DNA from: Macrostomum hystrix
Taxonomy: Eukaryota; Animalia; Platyhelminthes
DNA: 64,000 nucleotides
Assembly: GCA_950097015.1 (NCBI GenBank)
Contig: CATNEN010000001.1
Coordinates: 21,018,001-21,082,000 of the forward strand
Direction of reading: 5' to 3'
Part shown: piece after piece, positions 58,576 through 64,000 of the stretch
How the letters are laid out: each line of letters starts with the position of its first letter
How positions within the stretch are numbered: position 1 is the first letter of the stretch
Translations under genes and position numbers: made by a program
Notes under the pieces: model-generated
The model's input: only the letters and a program-made list of their open reading frames with translations
Told to the model about the DNA's origin: nothing
The model's database searches: none

Positions 58576-60289
58576 TCGAGGCCTTCACTGTTAGATGAAT
58601 TAAAGTTATTTTCATTTTTATAGAATTAGAAGTTCGAAATCATTTTAATTGAATTAACATAACTCAACTAGACGATGCTCCAAAACAGTGTGCTCAAGCT
58701 ATGCTTTTAGACCCGACTGACACTTCAGAGCTAATTCTGGCATTGCAGCTCACAGACAGAGGATCGGTTGACGATTGTCCCTATCCCGCCACTTATCAGC
58801 GAAGAGTGTCCTGTGAGATTCCCGGTGGAGAAGGACTGACTGGCAAATCTGGGAAAGCGAGAATTCCGGTCCAGAGTCGACGAAATTGGTCTTTCAGACT
58901 CCGACTACGCGCCGGCAGTTGGGGGGGGGCTGGTTAGATAGATGGAAGATCCTCAGAGATTTCAATCACTCCTGTGGGAGAGGAGCGGGAATGATTTATC
59001 TGCCTGTCTCGATCCCCAACCCTGACGCCACAAATCGGGATCTCTTGCGCTTCGTATTTTCCGCCCCCAGTCTCAGTCTTGAGTCAGTGCAGGCTATCAT
59101 TCACTCTGATATGCGCGACGTTGTCATTCCAGATTCCAGAGCTCATTTGACCGACCAAATGGCCGAGAGATTTGCGAAGCATAAAGTTCAGAAGCTATTT
59201 TTTGAGCAGCCACTCTTGAGCTGTCTCTCTCGCAGTAGCTCTCCTGCAGCACTTGGACTGTTCCATGAGGGACCAATATTGACAGCTCTGGCCAGTAGCA
59301 AATTGGCTACTTCAATAATTGATGAGAATTTGGGAATTTGTTTCTTGGCAAACTCTGTGGCATAGGCGGTGCCCCGGCTTCAGATGAAGGACCTGAGACA
59401 GGTAATGCGCACACTAATTATTGTGTGCGCATATGCAGGTGTGAAGAAATGTGTGCTTTAATTTGCATTCTACGAGGCAGCGTGCTGAGTAAGTATGGTC
59501 TAGTTAACGGAAATCACTCAGTTTGCATATAGAGTCGGCGGCCTCTCTACTTTAGGATTGACGTATAAATTTTTTAATGTGCCAGTTTTGTAATTGTAAG
59601 CTCCTTGCTTCTTTGTTTTAAGAAAATTGACTTTTGTTTTAATGAACTGCGGGCTTAAGAAATGCATAGAAGGTGCTTCAGATTATAGAATAAAGAAATA
59701 TAAATGAAAAAGGAAATAGCTGGTACTTGGCCGCCCACTCTTGGCTGACATTTCATAATTTCTCGGTGCATCGAAGGGCAGAAACAATTTCTGCAGGCAA
59801 TAGGAAAACAAATTTAGCCTACAGCAACTTCCGGCCATTCTTAATAAATCATAACGAAAATACACAGGGAGGAGGACAGCGCTTTGGCCAGTGGCGAATC
59901 AAGCCTAAGATCGGTCGGATGATAATCACGGGCAGCTGGTCAGGTGAAAAAGATGGGGCCTGACAGTTTAACACCATGCGTTTGTCTTGGAGCCGTAGTT
60001 TCTCCCCTAATTTCTTGCCGGCCGGTATTTAGTTTCTTCCCGGTGGGGACGCGACTGACATTTCTCCAATTTCAAATCCCAACTGTTGAACAGCTTTGAC
60101 TTTATTTGGGAGATGTCACTCAGAATCTTTTGTCCCAGAATCTGGGACGTCCAGGATTCGTACTTTTATGTTTAGTAGGAGATTGGAAATGGTGGATACC
60201 GTACTGTACAAGTAACCTGTACATCAGGTAAAATTTGCAATTTGTGTTGGTTGACACATATATAATATACTTTTTAGTAACAACAATGC

Positions 60290-60501
60290 GAGGGTTGTGG
60301 TCTAGTGGTTAGAGCGTTGCAATCATGACTTGAAGTTCGGCGTTCGATTCCCGGCTCAATCGGTATTTTATCAAGACACTGCATTGCTTCAGTTCACCCA
60401 GCTGTAAATGGGTACTGAGGGTGGGTGTGGCGTCCCCCCAGTCCATGGACTGAACAGCGGTAGGCCGTACGCAGCCATAGCTGATGGGGCAGATGTAATA
60501 A
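60290..60501 (+). mobile_element. SINE family B, internally deleted copy
   Basis: A/B boxes plus CATTGCTTCAGTTCACCCAGCTGTAAATGGGTAC. Confidence 0.8.
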
Positions 60502-61447
60502 ATCTCGTATTTTTGTATTGAAATATTAGCTTGCTTATGCTAAGCTGTTGCCTAGTTTAGATCCCTATGCCAAAATCTACGAGCACATCCCTAGAACCTA
60601 ATCTAGATATAGTAAAAATAGTACATGATATTTTCAAAATCGAGGTCTAGCTTCCATAAACTTATTGCAGATCCGAAAACTAGGTTGCAGATTATGACAT
60701 TTCAATGAAGCAATTATATAAATAAAATTTCAGAAACCGAATAACGAAGATCCAAAAATGTTGTTTATGGTTATTGCATTTAAATAAACTGTCATCATTT
60801 AGGCAAGGATTCAAAGCTGGCTTTCAAATGCTTTCTACGTACGGGCTAAGTTACAATACGTCTTTCCTATTAGCCAATAGCATTATCCCTCTGACTAGCA
60901 ACCCGCGTAGTTCACCTCAGAATTCGATTCACGGAGAGCTTTTTCTCCGCTTAAAAAATTCCTGGGACCGACTCATTTTGAGCACTTATCCGACTCTCCG
61001 GCTTACAGAAATGGAAATACATTCACTATGGTCTCACTTAGTTACAGAGGCCGAAGAGAGACCTGGCTCAGTGAGACGGAACTGCGAGGCATATCAGCAG
61101 TGCTCACTCTCTTCCCATCCATGCAGCCAGACACTCCCCCCACTCCGTCGCTCTAGTATTCCCATTCTCAGTGCAGGTAGGCCCCCGTGTAGGCAGAATG
61201 TGTGCTGCAGCTAGCTGATGAGGTACTGGCCTTGGCGTGAATCAGCCAGTCAAACGCGGTCATTATTATTAGTCTCAGCTGTCAGCCAATAAAAGCGCGG
61301 CTTCTGTCTCCGGGATGTCCTGCTGTAGGGGCCATATTCTCTCGCCGCTGAAGAATATCGAATCGCGTAAAGCCTCAGTCTTCTAATAACCTTTCGAAGG
61401 TCAAGCAATCAGCTTGACTATTTAAAATTCAATAGAATATTGTTGCG

Positions 61448-61826
61448 ATGGCAACGAATCACAAGACGGAGTCCTCTCAGAAGTCCGTCTCGCAGCCGGG
61501 TGCAGTGAAATTCCTGCTGCCATCGGAGATTCACTTCTTCTCCAGAGTGAGGAACTGGTCCGAGCTTGCCAGCGAGGAGCGCCTGACCTCAATCGACCTG
61601 ACCGACTACGCGAAGCGACTCATGAGCCACGATTCGTCCTATCCCAAGCTGCAGGTGGCCTACCTAAACGGTCGGTGGTTCGCGCTAAACAGCCTTCAAC
61701 TGGCCATCTGCAGACACTTGGAGCGAAGTGGCTACTGCCGGAGAATCCGAGTGAATGTGTGCTCTCCGCACGCGCTGCCTGAACAAGTTGCTGCCGGTCT
61801 GCAGGTCAGGGGATCCAGAGCCCGTG
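61448..61826 (+). CDS. First coding exon of an uncharacterised gene; divergent ParB/Srx-like domain suspected
   Basis: ATG, GC-rich codon usage and a GTGAGT donor at 61827. Pattern LLPSEIHF...PKLQVAYLNGRWFALN..QL...LE..G.C..I.V. Downstream exons were not found. Confidence 0.6.
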
Positions 61827-62768
61827 GTGAGTTTTCATCTGGCAGCTTGAGCTTGTCAACGATGAAATTCTTTTAACTGGAACTGAGAGTTCACATTAGT
61901 CCTTGTTAACCCCATGTATGCATTATTAGCCTTGGACGGGTTAGGGCTAGGGCTTCGGACGGCTGTACCTTGTGCCTGTATCACTAGCTGTAAATCTCTG
62001 TCAACTAAGTTAGCTGTGATTTTGTCTACCTGTTTAAACAGACTTCGCTTCGGAAAGGTTGGTTGAATGACATTCTCAGCTACCATCTGCCTCATCCATC
62101 TCCCTAATGTTTACTCCCAACACGCGCGGGAGCATTTCAAAACTAAATATTAGTAGCTCCTAGCCTACTAGGCTACTCTGCCAATCCACATCACGATGAG
62201 ATAACTGGTCACTATTCGGCTTGTAGACATCATGACATCAAATGACATCATGAGGCATTTGCTTAAACGAGTTCCGGCCGTAGAATTATCGCATGGGTCT
62301 TATAACATTCGGACATACCGACTACCAACTTTACGATAACTCCCGAACCGAATGACCGATTTTCATGAAAGTCCATCACAAGGATCCAACCTTTTTTGTC
62401 CTTTCCGATGAACCAACTTTCAAAGCCGTCTTACGTCAGAATCGTCGAGATATTCATCGCTTCTTGTCGGAGACCCTGGTGTCAAGGACAGCTGACATAG
62501 CTCTATATTGGTTCAATATTAGAACAAAAAAACATAATCAATTCAATATAATCAACAGAAATGCCGACAAAGTTAGATGATGAAATTTCTGTTAGGAAAA
62601 TTATTGTTCAATACGTGCTTTTTTACCTGACTCTCGATGAGAATCGTCGAAAATCTTGACTATACCGATTTTTTGCGATTCTGGAAGTTGTTTCATCTAA
62701 TAGAGTGGAAACTTATAGCATATGTTCTGGATTTTCATGGCGTTTGGTTGAATGTGTTAGTACAGCAG

Positions 62769-63066
62769 AGGTTGTAGCCTAGTGGTTAAGGCGTCGGACT
62801 CACGACTTGAAGGTCGGGGGTTCGATTCCCGTCTCCACTGGAACAATTTGTGTCCTTTAGCAAGACACTTAACTCTGCATTGCTTCAGTTCACCCAGCTG
62901 TTAAATGGGTACCAGCATCAGCTGGGATAATTGAAGGTGGGTGTGGCGTCCCCCCAGTCCATGGACTGAACAGCCGTACGCAGCCTTCAGATGCGCCGCG
63001 CAATAGCTGCGGCTGTGCTGTCGGCTGCACATCTGACCCAATTGGGGCAGGTGTAATAAAAAAAAG
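62769..63066 (+). mobile_element. SINE family B, full-length copy with A tail
   Basis: Nearly identical to 39850-40140. Confidence 0.9.
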
Positions 63067-63509
63067 TAGATTCAGAAAATAACGGTGTCTTCCGAGTGTT
63101 AAGCTCTTTTCAGAACTGCCGAGTCAGGCAAATGTGTAACACGCAACATGTAGCATTTTATGTTATTTTTAAATTAACAAAATAAACCTCTTACACCCCC
63201 CAATCATCTTTGATAAGATTAAATTTCAAAATCGATGCCTTTTTTCTGCATTCACCAGCTGCATGCACTATTTGCATCAAGGCATGATTTTAACAGTCTC
63301 TGCACTGCTTTGCGCATTCAGCGTAAACATCACGTGATTCAAGAAGTGCATACTGGGAAGTCCTATTTCTAGAAAAATACCGAATGGATTTCAATTTAGT
63401 TTTTTAACTTTTGTATTCTCAGTTAAATCTGGAGCAGATTTCGAGATTTATCTGTGCATCATTTTCGACTGGTTTTGAGTTCCCAATATCAATGCGCCCC
63501 AGATGCTCG

Positions 63510-63820
63510 CGATCACCATGCGGTGACAGTAGACCCGCAGCCAGCGAGGAATTCTGCCCGTTTCGCTGACTCCTGAGCAAACGGACACAAATACCGTACG
63601 CAGGCACACACTCACACAGGTGTGTACATCTGTACTGATCTGTCCTCGGACAGTCCTTCGTTGATCGTTGGCACTCAATGACATAAATTTCATGACAAAC
63701 TTCAAAGTCTTCTGTCATTCACTGTGCCCGAAGTAACTGTGGCTTCGCCGCGGAATCGAGCTTAGGGACCTTGATGCGAGAGATAAACTCGTTTGACTGC
63801 TCTGCCACTCAAGACCCTTG
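63510..63820 (-). mobile_element. SINE family A copy with an internal insertion
   Basis: Reverse complement body at 63510-63635 and head at 63720-63820. Confidence 0.75.
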
Positions 63821-64000
63821 GTTTAATTTGCTCTTTCTCAATAATTTCAGAGTAACCAAAAGCAACGCAATGAGTTCAACGTAAAATATTTGTCCAAGAC
63901 CTATCATACCTACCAATGCCATGGTTTTTTGATCGTATAGAAAAATTGATGGGCAATATCAGTGGGGTGGGGGGCCTTAGTAACCAGCGTTTCATATAAT

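Noticed and set aside
58886-59365. 159-aa ORF as a gene
   Set aside because: No recognisable motif, no ATG at the annotated start and no convincing splice structure.

Overview
This is eukaryotic (animal) genomic DNA. The myosin N-terminus ([21 protein letters not shown]) resembles flatworm muscle myosins, so a platyhelminth source is plausible (inference). Bases 1-35.7 kb are a nested transposon cluster. It contains a LINE relic hit by an LTR and a Tc1-like deletion derivative, a decayed Gypsy with a -1 slippery site and an odd 78-bp Cys repeat array, and an R1/LOA-type LINE. That LINE is split by an intact, very young Gypsy element (237-bp LTRs with 1 mismatch, GGCGC TSD, 1320-aa ORF). The cluster also holds an R2-type element outside rDNA with an HDV-like ribozyme relic, a probable tyrosine-recombinase pseudo-exon, and mariner, IS630/Tc1, piggyBac, hAT, RTE and Merlin relics. 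Bases 36-64 kb hold host genes: two tandem 2-exon secreted WSC + PAN-like genes, a complete 20-exon striated-type myosin heavy chain (1956 aa, upstream CArG box), and the first exon of a divergent ParB-like gene. Two tRNA-derived SINE families and two minisatellites lie among them. No CRISPR array, rRNA or true tRNA gene is present. Family assignments come from motif recognition by eye; no searches were run.
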